NCBI RefSeq assembly: GCF_009914755.1
Contig: NC_060932.1
DNA length: 64,000 nucleotides
From: the human T2T-CHM13v2.0 reference genome, Homo sapiens
Direction: 5' to 3' (one strand)
The position numbers were made by a program, and so were the translations under genes. The notes under the pieces were generated by a model that was given only the letters and a program-made list of their open reading frames with translations, searched no databases and was not told where the DNA came from. Below, in pieces: positions 28,722 to 44,228 of the stretch (positions are counted from its first letter, which is position 1; each line of letters begins with the position of its first letter).

Positions 28722-31101
28722 ATGAGATCCTCCTCTTCTCTCCCAGGACAGAATGGTGAGACTTGAGTTTCCTTTCTCCTCACTCTTCTCCTCCTTGAGG
28801 GAGCTGCTGTGCCGGACAGACCTGCCCCCGTGTCTAGACACTGGTAGACTCGTTTAAGTTCCTCACAGGCAATCCTCCATGGGGTCAAAGTGGAAGGACT
28901 TATTTCTTCAGGGCTCAGTAGTCCACATCCTGGCGCGCACCTTCACCAGCCCAGGGCGGGGTAGAGGAGGGTGAAAGGGCGTGGCTCAGAGCCCGCTTCT
29001 TCCGCTCGGGCGTATCCTGGGAGGAACCCTTGTCCGGTGAGCATGTCTTCGTCTCTACCAAATTCCCTAGTGGGACATTTCTGGCAGCCCTACTTGTTCA
29101 GCAGCTTACGGGGGTCAGGTGGACCTCTGCTAGTCACCAGCCTGAAGCCCTTTCTCCATTTCAGCTATTTTGGCAGTTGCCTAGGTGACTTTTGAACCTC
29201 ATTATCCAGAACAGCAAACGGACGAGGGGTGAGAAGAGTGGCCGTCTGGGTTTGCAGCATAGTGCTGCCTTCTAGGAGTTGTGCAGTCTTCGATTGTGTG
29301 AAACTTCACCTGGCTGATTTGTGGCAATGCCTCCACAAATTCGCTAAATTCAGTAGCTTTTGCCTTCCAAGATTCATTTACACAATGTTGAATGCTTTAA
29401 ATGAATGAGCATGAAGAGTGCTGGGCTGGAAAGTGATGAGATGGGTGGTAGGGACTCCTCGGAGTAGAGGAGTAGAGTTTTACTATTATGACTAGGAGGC
29501 AAATAAAAAGAAGCTGAACGTGATCCATAATAAAAGAAGCACACACTCACAGAGCTCCATACCAACTACATTAAAATGGAAATCATGATATTTGGAAATA
29601 CAACTTAATTGGAAATCATTAAGTAATCTCATCAACCTTTTTACAGTGGGTGGCAGGGCTATGGAGGGAAAACAGCAATGGTTCTGGCACCTACTTAACT
29701 TGATTCCATTAAATTCAACCAACAGGCCTCCAGAGAAGATATTACTGCTTTGATATTACAAAGGGAAAAACAGCTATGGCGTCTCTGAAAAGCACAACGT
29801 GCTAGGACTGGAATGACTTTAAAACCACACATAAATTTCTGAGAGATTTTTGCCATAAGGTACCATCCACCTTACTGTAAACCACATCCTAAAATTGTCT
29901 GCAGTGCAAATGGATTATGTGCATCCAACAGGAAACAGCATAGGTTGAGAAGCTGTTACTTAATAGCTTCATTGTCACCACGAGTGTAAAGTGTGGGGTC
30001 TCATCACTTTTGCACCCACGTTTTGCCTGTTGGTTTCTCCACACTGTCAGGAGCATTTGACCAACTCACTGTGGCTCAGGGTCCCTTACGCAGCCTGTTG
30101 GGGAAACCAGTGGGTATTGAAGACCTGCCTCTGGTGTGCCAGGAGGTTGTGCCTGCCGGCCACTCTGACTTGCGATCTTCCGCCTCAGTGTATGGCTTCC
30201 TACACCTGGGTAATTAACATTGCCAGCATGATAAGGAGGTCCTTTCATCACTATTGCCACTAGTCCTTCCGACTCCTGTGCCCTGTTTCTCCTTTATTGG
30301 AACCCAAGAACGAGTAAACATAGCATTTTCAAACATCCCGCCCCCTTCCCTGGTAACACCAATATTCCACCATCCTAATTCCCTCACAAGCATTCACTCC
30401 CTCCACCCTGAGGTGGTGAAATCCCTGCAGGCATTTATAAGTATACCTGGACAGAAGAAATACAAGATACCGTTCTATTAACTCAATATAGTGTTGCTAA
30501 GTTCGTACTTTTGCTTGGTTTATTTTATTTTATAAATAGGTATCACTCGCATGGTTCCAAATGCGGTAGGCACAGAGAGTATATATGATGGAATTACATC
30601 CTCCTTCCCTGCACTCAGCAACCGAGATCTTCCCGCTACGGGCACTCAAAGGTTTCATTGTCTGAAATATCAGCCTAAACGTAGTTTATGTTTAGGAAGC
30701 AACAACCGTAAATAGTCCCACATCCAAACGGAGTGGATTTAGGTTTCACTTTTTCAAGGAAAAACCATCAAAGAATTTTTCCACATACTTATAAACCATC
30801 CCACGTATAGAATCCATTTTTACTGACACAAATTTAGTACCAATAAACGACTCTTCTTCTCAATTTGTTTTATTTAACAATAAGTCTTGAACGTCATTCC
30901 CAGTTAACATTTTGAAGAGTTTCCTCTCTTTCGTTCTGTTTTAGCTGCAAAGTATTCTTCCGTAAGGATGAACGTACTATAATTTATTAGCCAGCCACTT
31001 AGTGATGTACAATTAAGGAGTTTTAAATCTTTGACTCTTGAAAATATTGTTTCTCACACATAAATATTTCTATAAAATAAATTAGTTGAATTAGAATTGT
31101 T

Positions 31102-31315
31102 GGAGTTCAAGACCAGCCTGGCCAACATGGTGAAACCCCATCTCTACTAGAAACACAAAATTAGCCGGACATGCCGGTACATGCCTCTAATCTCAGGTGA
31201 GGCAGGAGAATCACTTCAACCTGGGAGGCAGAGGTTGTAGTGACTCGAAATCACGCCACTGCACTCCAGCCTGGGCGACGCGAGCGAAACTCTGTCTCAA
31301 AAAACCAAAAAAAAT
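31102..31315 (+). mobile_element. 5'-truncated Alu marking the unit junction
   Basis: Starts at GGAGTTCAAGACC; shares diagnostic changes with the full Alu at 23037. Confidence 0.9.
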
Positions 31316-31442
31316 TAAACATAAAAAGAAAAGCGGTACATATACCCAATAGAACACAATTCAGCCTTAAAAAAGAAAGAAATCATCTCATTGGCAACAC
31401 GAATGAGCCTAGAGGATGGTACACTGAGTGAAAGAAAGCAAA

Positions 31443-31745
31443 GGCCAGGCACGGTGGCTCATGCCTGTAATCCCAGTACTTTGGGAGGCCAAGGCAGGTG
31501 GAAGCGTTGAGCCCAGGAGTTGGAGATGAACCTGGGCAACATGGTGAAACCCCATCTCTAAAAGAAACACAAAAATTAGCCAAGTGTGGCGTTGGACGCC
31601 TGTAGTCCTAGCTATTCAGGAGGCTGAAGCGGGAGGAACTCTCGACCCCGGGAGGTGGAGGCCGTGGTGAGTGAGCCGTGTTTGTGTCACTGTACTCCAG
31701 CCTGGGTGACAGACTGAGACCCTGTCTCAAAAAATAAATAATTAC
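31443..31745 (+). mobile_element. Alu (J-like) inside an old L1M 3' end (~31330-32160)
   Basis: GGCCAGGCACGGTGG start, A-rich tail. Confidence 0.9.
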
Positions 31746-32704
31746 ATAATAAAGATTTAAAAAGCAAGCACAAAAAGACAAATACTGCATGATCTCACTT
31801 ATATGTGCAATCTCAAACAATGCAACTCATAGCTGTAGAGAGCAGAACGGTGGTTACCCGAGGCAGGGGTCAGGGAGGGACTGGAGAGATGATAGTCTCA
31901 TGATACAAAATTTCAGAGAGGAATGGTTCTAGAGATCTATTGAACAGCCTGGCATCTACAGTGTATAAGTATGTATTGTATACTTGAAAATTGCTATAAG
32001 AGTAGATTTTAGACATGTCCTCATCACATTAAAATCAGTATGTGAGGAAACGAGTGTGTTAATTAGCTTGATTTTGTCATTCCACAATGTATACACGTAT
32101 GAAACATCATGTTGTATGCCATAAATATATATAATTTTTATTTGTCAAGTTAAAATTAAAATTCATATAAATTATAAAAATAAAATGAAATAACATACAC
32201 TACAAAAGACTTTTATTTATTAAATCCCCACAGAAGGGGTCAGAGTGATAAAGGAAAATAAAATTCCGGGAACGGTAAAATCAATCAGAAATGCCCTACT
32301 TCAGTGCTTTCGAAATTTGTCTGACAGAGTGGAAATCCAGTTTTTCACTAAGTCACTGTTCTGGAACAGTTTGTGTGTGTGTATGTATGTGTGTGAGGGC
32401 TCACATACACAAATTGAACTAATGGAAGTGTAAGCATTCAAATTATCAGTTTAATTTAGTTCTATACATATACACACACACACACTCACACACCGAAAAC
32501 ATTGATAAAATCAGCCATTCCAGCAAAACTAGCTACTTAGTGTCTATCTCTCCTTGAAGATTCAAACTAGAAATGAGGATTTAGAGAGGCATGATGGTTC
32601 GTTCTCTCTTGGAGCCCAGTTCGAAGTTGACTGACTGATTCAGTCATTGTAATTGGTTGGTCTTGGGGAAGAATCCACTTTGACTCTTGGGAAGTCAGCT
32701 AGGT

Positions 32705-32930
32705 CAGCGGACAGAGCAGGGGCTCTGGAGCCAGACTGCCTGCACCCGACTTCTAGCTATGATACCTTGGATAAACTACTTATCACCTGGGCTTCAGGTT
32801 CCTCATCTGTAAAATGGGGATAAGAATGCTATCTCTCTCACAACTATTAGGAGGACTGACTGGGTTAATACGTGCAAAGTACCAAGTACATAAGAAACCA
32901 ACAGCCAGTGCTCATTACAATCATTATTAT
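32705..32930 (+). mobile_element. MIR
   Basis: MIR core-like ggctctggagccagactgcc...ttcctcatctgtaaaatggggataa; also at ~58563-58788. Confidence 0.7.
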
Positions 32931-33161
32931 TTTGGGCAAGTTAAGCCGCACGGTTTCTTTAGGTATAAAATTAGGCTTTATTTACCTACCTGTTGGGTTG
33001 TTCCAAGGATTAATCACATAGTGTTCATGAATTCCCTTTATAAACTATTATAGAAAAGAAATATAGTTAACATTAATTGAACACCTACTATGTGCGATCG
33101 TTTTAAGGCTTGCCATGTGCTGCTTCATTCAGTCCGCACCATGACATTAGGATCACACTTT

Positions 33162-36833
<3,672 letters not shown>

Positions 36834-37080
36834 GATCACACTTTAAAGACCAAAAGGTAGAAGCGCAAAGACGTTATCTGTCCAATATTACAAACCTAGT
36901 AAGTGGTGGAATTTGGCCTTGAACCCAGATCTGTAACTCCAGAGCCAAAGTGCTTCACCCACCTCCCTGTGGTGCCTCTACAGAAAAAGAGGTAAGCAGG
37001 CATTCCGAAAGCTGGTGGGCCGGGGGGCTGGCCTTGTACTCAGAAGCCATGGAAGTCCCACGTGGGGTGGCTAGTGGTGT

Positions 37081-37272
37081 AAGGACAGAGGTCTCGGATG
37101 GGCAGAGGGATGTGGACAGGCGCGAGGGCGCGCGGCAGGGACTCGGGGGACTGGGAGTGGCGGCTCGGGGCTGCGGGAGGCGATTGGTGGAAGGACAGAG
37201 GTCTGGGAGGGGCAGAGGGATGTGGACAGGCCCGAGGGGCCGCGGCAGGGATTCCGGGGGACCGGGAGTGGG
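37081..37272. repeat. Two ~80-bp G-rich repeats at a 110-bp period downstream of the ORF
   Basis: aaggacagaggtct..ggcagagggatgtggacagg at 37081 and 37191; present in each unit and, diverged, at ~25175-25365. Confidence 0.85.
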
Positions 37273-37397
37273 GGGTTGGGGTTACTCTTGGCTTTTTGCC
37301 CTCTCCTGCCGCCGGCTGCTCCAGTTTCTTTCGCTTTGCGGCGAGGTGGGCAGGGTGAGCTCTCGGGACTGATGGCGGTTTTGGAAGAGGCCTGGGG

Positions 37398-39419
37398 CTA
37401 AGGACAGGCCAGGGCGGCGGGAGAGGCGGACCGGTGGCGTGGCTGGATCTGGGCGCGCTGTCGGACCTTCCACATCACCAGCTGCAGGCAGGCGTTTGCG
37501 TCCTCGCTGGAGTTGTGGCCGTCCTGGCTGTCCTGGATGATCTGTGCCAGGTAGTCGGCCGCGAGATTCCTGAGGGAGCGCTTGTAGGGGAAACCCAGGT
37601 AGTGCGGGAAGAGCACGGCCGTGTCCACCACGGTGCTGTGGATGAGCTTCAGGGCCAGCAGGTCGCTCTCCAGGCTGTGCCCGATGAGGATGGTTTGGGC
37701 GCTGAAAAAGCTCAGCAGGATGGCTTGGACTTGGGGCAACGTGATGCTCGTCTTGGCGACGTCGGCCTCGGTGACTCCGGAAAACCTGGTGTTGTAGTCC
37801 ACGATCTCGTTGTCGGGCTTGACGAAGGTGTCGTACACCACTCGCATGTCGGCGTCCACCACGGTGACGCGGGTCAGCTCTAGGCCATGCGTGGTGTAGC
37901 ACATCTCACAGTCCAAGGCGTAGATTCCTGGATAAGCGTCTCTGGACAACTCTTTCTTGAAGGTCTCCACGAAGCCATCGAGGCTCTCCTTGCGGCCGTC
38001 CCGCACGTGCTGCTTTGCCACCTGGCAGCCCACAGAGCCAGGAGCAGCTGCACAGCAGGTGTACTGGCTAACCCGGCCTCCAGCCACCTGGCTCGAGCGG
38101 ACCCGCCCCCAGTGATAATAACACAACTGGTCGCGTACACAGCGGCCCGAGGAGGACACCAGGTACTCGGTGCCACAACGGCAGCAGACCCTGCAGGAGG
38201 AGTCGCCGGGCCCCTTCCCCTGGCCAGTGAAGAGGACGGCGCCTCCGGGCCGCTCGGGGTGCGGGAAGGGGTAGCCGTTCTCCTTGAGCTGGTCCTGGGT
38301 GAGCAGGAACTCCTGGAGGCGGCTGTACAGGGCGGCCCTGCTGAGGCCGGGCATGGAGCTGGGGGTCAGGCCCTTCAGTCTCTTGAGGGTGTTCAGGACC
38401 ACGTTCAGGTACCTGTTCTTGTTGGGGCTGCAGTCGTAGGCCACCTTCTCCTCGTTCAGCGCCTTCTCCTCGGCCTCCTGCTTGGAGGCGCAGAACTTGA
38501 GACACTCTTCGGTGAACAGTTGGAGATAGCCTCGGCGGAGGACGGTGGGGACTTGGCACCCAGAGCTTCGGAGGATAATGGGTTTCTTCAAACTCGGTAA
38601 GGATGCACGACGGACGATTCGCTTAGAGCTGATGGTGGCGGTGGTCTTGCATGCCATCCCTGACCTGTTGCGCGTCTTCCCTGGCTGTCTGCCGACCTTG
38701 GAGCCACTGGAGCGTTGGCTACTGCTGGCCACCCGGGTTCTCTTGGCATCTGTGTAACCTGTGACCAAGGAAGGGCTGGAAGAGTGGGCGATCGTCTTCC
38801 TCTTCCTGGGGGCTGAGATGCGGACTCCCGAGGGCCTCTCTGTCAGCCTTGGGGCGGCTGGCAAGCGGCAGGCCGATCCCCTCTGCGCAGGGAAGTAGCA
38901 CGACTCCGTCACCATCTTGGGCCACGCTGGGGGCACCGCCGGACCCCTGTTCTGGGGCTCCGCCTGGATGTCCACAAATGCTGAGGCCTGCTTGTGCATC
39001 TGGGGCACCCAGAGCCCGAAGCTCTGGGCAGGCTGATGAGAGGGCAGTGGGAATTCTGGAGCCTCGAGGGCCGCCTCCTCGGCCACCTTCTTAGCTTCTG
39101 GGTATCCAGGTGGGAACCAGCAGGGAGCTGTGGCTCGCAACATCTTGCTGCCTTCGGGAGCACCGGCCGGGCTCTGCTCCCCTCCCAAATGGCGGCTTGC
39201 CTCCAGGGCCGCCTCCTCGGCCACCTTCTTAGCTTCTGGGTATCCAGGGGGGAACCAGCAGGGAGCTGTGGCTCGCAACATCTTGCTGCCTTCGGGAGCA
39301 CCGGCCTGGCTCTGCTCCCCTCCCAAATGGCGGCTTGCCTCCAGGGCCGCCTCCTCGGCCACCTTCTTAGCTTCTGGGTATCCAGGGGGGAACCAGCAGG
39401 GAGCTGTGGCTCGCAACAT
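37398..39419 (-). CDS. REXO1L1: REXO1-like (GOR) exonuclease retrogene, copy 2; 673 aa
   Basis: Same motifs; three 138-bp N-terminal repeats; lacks the 6-bp SL insertion. Confidence 0.9.
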   Translation of the reverse strand: MLRATAPCWFPPGYPEAKKVAEEAALEASRHLGGEQSQAGAPEGSKMLRATAPCWFPPGYPEAKKVAEEAALEASRHLGGEQSPAGAPEGSKMLRATAPCWFPPGYPEAKKVAEEAALEAPEFPLPSHQPAQSFGLWVPQMHKQASAFVDIQAEPQNRGPAVPPAWPKMVTESCYFPAQRGSACRLPAAPRLTERPSGVRISAPRKRKTIAHSSSPSLVTGYTDAKRTRVASSSQRSSGSKVGRQPGKTRNRSGMACKTTATISSKRIVRRASLPSLKKPIILRSSGCQVPTVLRRGYLQLFTEECLKFCASKQEAEEKALNEEKVAYDCSPNKNRYLNVVLNTLKRLKGLTPSSMPGLSRAALYSRLQEFLLTQDQLKENGYPFPHPERPGGAVLFTGQGKGPGDSSCRVCCRCGTEYLVSSSGRCVRDQLCYYHWGRVRSSQVAGGRVSQYTCCAAAPGSVGCQVAKQHVRDGRKESLDGFVETFKKELSRDAYPGIYALDCEMCYTTHGLELTRVTVVDADMRVVYDTFVKPDNEIVDYNTRFSGVTEADVAKTSITLPQVQAILLSFFSAQTILIGHSLESDLLALKLIHSTVVDTAVLFPHYLGFPYKRSLRNLAADYLAQIIQDSQDGHNSSEDANACLQLVMWKVRQRAQIQPRHRSASPAALACP

Positions 39420-39472
39420 CTTGCTGCCTTCGGGAGCACCGGCCTGGCTCTGCTCCTCTCCCAACTGGCGGC
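39064..39472 (-). repeat. 138-bp coding tandem repeat x3 (46 aa, each with an ATG)
   Basis: gctgtggctcgcaacatcttgctgcc recurs at a 138-bp period; also at ~45901-46309 and ~52738-53146; single copy in gene 1. Confidence 0.93.
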
Positions 39473-39504
39473 TTCAATGAGTGCTGCGGCCGCCACTTGT
39501 CGCC

Positions 39505-39753
39505 TTTATATAGGCACAGGGCAGACTGGGTGGGACTTCTCCTTGATAGGTTGGTGCTTCAGTCCAATCACACTGAGCCTCATCTTCCACCAGACTCCAG
39601 CTTGGGAATGCCTCAGGGGGTGCGCTAATGGAATCAACTGGAACTCCCGGTTGCTAAACTTGGAGCTAGGTTGCTTTTCCTGAGTTAAGTAACTGTCCCT
39701 GCAGGGCAGTCCTATAATGGCTACTGGAATTGGGCTACCTAGGATTAAATTAA
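39505..39753 (-). promoter_or_regulatory. Candidate core promoter of copy 2
   Basis: Same TATA/CCAAT arrangement. Confidence 0.6.
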
Positions 39754-39957
39754 GGTTCAGGGAGGTTGGTCAACTTGCTTGGGCCCACACAGCACCCCTT
39801 GGAGCCAGGACTGGGCCAGCAGTCTGCTGCATGCTGGAGGGCGGGATCCCTCTGGGGCTGCCTTTCCCTGCTCTGTGCACTCCGCCGCTGCGGGCAAATT
39901 GAGGACAGGAAGCGGACCGCACCCACTTCTCTCCCAGGACTTGGGCAATGTTCAACA

Positions 39958-40845
39958 CAGGTGGTCTTCCAAAGGTTCATAGAAAATGCACATGGTGAAG
40001 AAACGATGCATGGATTTCCACTGGTTTGCACTAAAATAAACTTGTCCTAACTTCTGATAACCTTTCTGAACTAGATCTAGTTTGAGGCACTAAGAAGGAT
40101 GAGACATCCACTGAAAAGGACTCCCGTCAGAGCAACATGAATTCCACGAAAATTGCAGCAAGAGGAAACATCAAATTTATGGTGAAGCTTGGGTGGAAGA
40201 TTGAAGAAATCATTGACGTTTTAAGAAAAGCTTGTAAGGACACTCCCCCAAAGAAATGAACTCTTTACGAATGTATAGCTTGTTTCAAGAAGAGGTGAGA
40301 AGATGTGGAAGATGAATCCTGCAGTGGCTGTGAAAACCACTGTGCCCAGATGAGCTGCAGTTACGACGAGAGCTATCAGTGGAAATTTTAAACAGGAGGG
40401 ATCACGATCCTGACGCATCCCTCTGACAAATTGTAAGCGGCAGTTGGAACATGGCTTCACCAATATGATCTCCATGGCAAAGCATCATGAAAGCGATGGC
40501 TACCAAGAGGTGGCAGTGGTCCAGTCAAAGGAAAAGGAGGCCAGTCAGGAGCCCACATCATGGCATCAGTGTTTTGGGACACTCAAGGCATTTTGCTTGT
40601 TGACTTTCTGAAAGGCCAAACATCTGCTTATTAGGAGAGTGTTCTGAGAAGCTTAGATAAAGCTTTGGTAGAAACATGCTGGGAAAGTCTCACTAGATCC
40701 TTGTTCACCACATCAATGCTCTGCTCATTCCTCTCATCAAACAAGGGCAATTTTGTCAGTTTCAATGGGCAGTCCTTAGGAATTCACCTTACGGGCTGCT
40801 TTCATTCCTTCTAAATTCTTTTTGTTTCCTAATGATAAAAAGTCT
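39958..40845 (+). mobile_element. Hsmar2 mariner relic (unit copy)
   Basis: Offset +12,183 copy. Confidence 0.88.
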
Positions 40846-42989
40846 CCTTGCCTTGCTTGGAAAGATGAGAGAAAGTCTCCTTGCCTTGTTTGGACAGATG
40901 AGAGATGAGATCCTCCTCTTCTCTCCCAGGACAGAATGGTGAGACTTGAGTTTCCTTTCTCCTCACTCTTCTCCTCCTTGAGGGAGCTGCTGTGCCGGAC
41001 AGACCTGCCCCCGTGTCTAGACACTGGTAGACTCGTTTAAGTTCCTCACAGGCAATCCTCCATGGGGTCAAAGTGGAAGGACTTATTTCTTCAGGGCTCA
41101 GTAGTCCACATCCTGGCGCGCACCTTCACCAGCCCAGGGCGGGGTAGAGGAGGGTGAAAGGGCGTGGCTCAGAGCCCGCTTCTTCCGCTCGGGCGTATCC
41201 TGGGAGGAACCCTTGTCCGGTGAGCATGTCTTCGTCTCTACCAAATTCCCTAGTGGGACATTTCTGGCAGCCCTACTTGTTCAGCAGCTTACGGGGGTCA
41301 GGTGGACCTCTGCTAGTCACCAGCCTGAAGCCCTTTCTCCATTTCAGCTATTTTGGCAGTTGCCTAGGTGACTTTTGAACCTCATTATCCAGAACAGCAA
41401 ACGGACGAGGGGTGAGAAGAGTGGCCGTCTGGGTTTGCAGCATAGTGCTGCCTTCTAGGAGTTGTGCAGTCTTCGATTGTGTGAAACTTCACCTGGCTGA
41501 TTTGTGGCAATGCCTCCACAAATTCGCTAAATTCAGTAGCTTTCGCCTTCCAAGATTCATTTACACAATGTTGAATGCTTTAAATGAATGAGCATGAAGA
41601 GTGCTGGGCTGGAAAGTGATGAGATGGTTGGTAGGGACTCCTCGGAGTAGAGGAGTAGAGTTTTACTATTATGACTAGGAGGCAAATAAAAAGAAGCTGA
41701 ACGTGATCCATAATAAAAGAAGCACACACTCACAGAGCTCCATGCCAACTACATTAAAATGGAAATCATGATATTTGGAAATACAACTTAATTGGAAATC
41801 ATTAAGTAATCTCATCAACCATTTTACAGTGGGTGGCAGGGCTATGGAGGGAAAACAGCAATGGTTCTGGCACCTACTTAACTTGATTCCATTAAATTCA
41901 CCCAACAGGCCTCCAGAGAACATATTACTGCTTTGATATTACAAAGGGAAAAACAGCTATGGCGTCTCTGAAAAGCACAACGTGCTAGGACTGGAATGAC
42001 TTTAAAACCACACATAAATTTCTGAGAGATTTTTGCCATAAGGTACCATCCACCTTACTGTAAACCACATCCTAAAATTGTCTGCAGTGCAAATGGATTA
42101 TGTGCATCCAACAGGAAACAGCATAGGTTGAGAAGCTGTTACTTAATAGCTTCATTGTCACCACGAGTGTAAAGTGTGGGGTCTCATCACTTTTGCACCC
42201 ACGTTTTGCCTGTTGGTTTCTCCACACTGTCAGGAGCATTTGACCAACTCACTGTGGCTCAGGGTCCCTTACGCAGCCTGTTGGGGAAACCAGTGGGTAT
42301 TGAAGACCTGCCTCTGGTGTGCCAGGAGGTTGTGCCTGCCGGCCACTCTGACTTGCGATCTTCCGCCTCAGTGTATGGCTTCCTACACCTGGGTAATTAA
42401 CATTGCCAGCATGATAAGGAGGTCCTTTCATCACTATTGCCACTAGTCCTTCCGACTCCTGTGCCCTGTTTCTCCTTTATTGGAACCCAAGAACGAGTAA
42501 ACATAGTATTTTCAAACATCCCGCCCCCTTCCCTGGTAACACCAATATTCCACCATCCTAATTCCCTCACAAGCATTCAGTCTCTCCACCCTGAGGTGGT
42601 GAAATCCCTGCAGGCATTTATAAGTATACCTGGACAGAAGAAATACAAGATACCGTTCTATTAACTCAATATAGTGTTGCTAAGTTCGTACTTGTGCTTG
42701 TTTTATTTTATTTTATAAATAGGTATCACTCGCATGGTTCCAAATGCGGTAGGCACAGAGAGAGTATATGATGGAATTACATCCTCCTTCCCTGCACTCA
42801 GCAACCGAGATCTTCCCGCTACGGGCACTCAAAGGTTTCATTGTCTGAAATATCAGCCTAAACGTAGTTTATGTTTAGGAAGCAACAACCGCAAATCGTC
42901 CCACATCCAAACGGAGTGGATTTAGTTTTCACTTTTTCAAGGAAAAACCATCAAAGAATTTTTCCACATACTAAAAAACCATCCCACGT

Positions 42990-43664
42990 TTTTTGTGTCT
43001 CTATCTCCTTCAGTCCTGCTCAGATCTTAGTTATTTCTTGCCTTCTGCTAGCTTTTGAATGTGTTTGCTCTTGCTTCTCTCATCCTTTTAATGGTGATGT
43101 TAGGGTATGCATTTTTGATCTTTCCTGCTTTCCCTTGTGGGCATTTAGTGCTATAAATTTCCCTCTACACACTGCTTTAAATGTGTCCCAGAGATTCTGG
43201 TATGTTGTGTCTTTGTTCTCATTGCTTTCAGAGAATATCTTTATTTCTGCCTTCATTTCGTTATGTACCCAGTACTCATTCAGGAGCAGCTTGTCCGGTT
43301 TCCATGAAGTTGAGCGGTTTTGAGTGAGTTTCTCAATCCTGAGGTCTAGTGTGATTGCAATGTGGTCTGAGAGACCGTTTGTAATAATTTCTGTTATTTT
43401 ACTTTTACTGAGGAGTGCTTTACTTCCAACTATGTGGTCAATGTGGAAATAAGTGTGATGTGGTGCTGAGAAGAATGTATATTCTGTTGATTTGGGGTGG
43501 AGCGTTCTGTAGATGTCTCCTAGGTCCGCTTGGTGCAGAGCTGAGTTCAATTCCCGGATATCCTTTTTTAACTTTCTGTCTCGTTGGTGTGTCTAATGTT
43601 GACAGTGGGGTGTTAAGTTTGCCATTATTATTATTATTACTATGTGGGAGTCTAAGTCTCTTTT
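42990..43664 (-). mobile_element. L1PA ORF2 endonuclease-region remnant in short unit
   Basis: Matches 36159-36833; left end is the deletion junction. Confidence 0.93.
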
Positions 43665-44228
43665 GATCACACTTTAAAGACCAAAAGGTAGAAGCGCAAA
43701 GACGTTATCTGTCCAATATTACAAACCTAGTAAGTGGTGGAATTTGGCCTTGAACCCAGATCTGTAACTCCAGAGCCGAAGTGCTTCACCCACCTCCCTG
43801 TGGTGCCTCTACAGAAAAAGAGGTAAGCAGGCATTCCGAAAGCTGGTGGGCCGGGGGGCTGGCCTTGTACTCAGAAGCCATGGAAGTCCCACGTGGGGTG
43901 GCTAGTGGTGTAAGGACAGAGGTCTCGGATGGGCAGAGGGATGTGGACAGGCGCGAGGGCGCGCGGCAGGGACTCGGGGGACTGGGAGTGGCGGCTCGGG
44001 GCTGCGGGAGGCGATTGGTGGAAGGACAGAGGTCTGGGAGGGGCAGAGGGATGTGGACAGGCCCGAGGGGCCGCGGCAGGGATTCCGGGGGACCGGGAGT
44101 GGGGGGTTGGGGTTACTCTTGGCTTTTTGCCCTCTCCTGCCGCCGGCTGCTCCAGTTTCTTTCGCTTTGCGGCGAGGTGGGCAGGGTGAGCTCTCGGGAC
44201 TGATGGCGGTTTTGGAAGAGGCCTGGGG

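Noticed and set aside
39064-39472. CRISPR-like reading of the periodic repeats
   Set aside because: Eukaryotic coding tandem repeat with no unique spacers
42871-43323. 150-aa ORF across the short-unit junction
   Set aside because: Mostly antisense L1; chance product of the deletion
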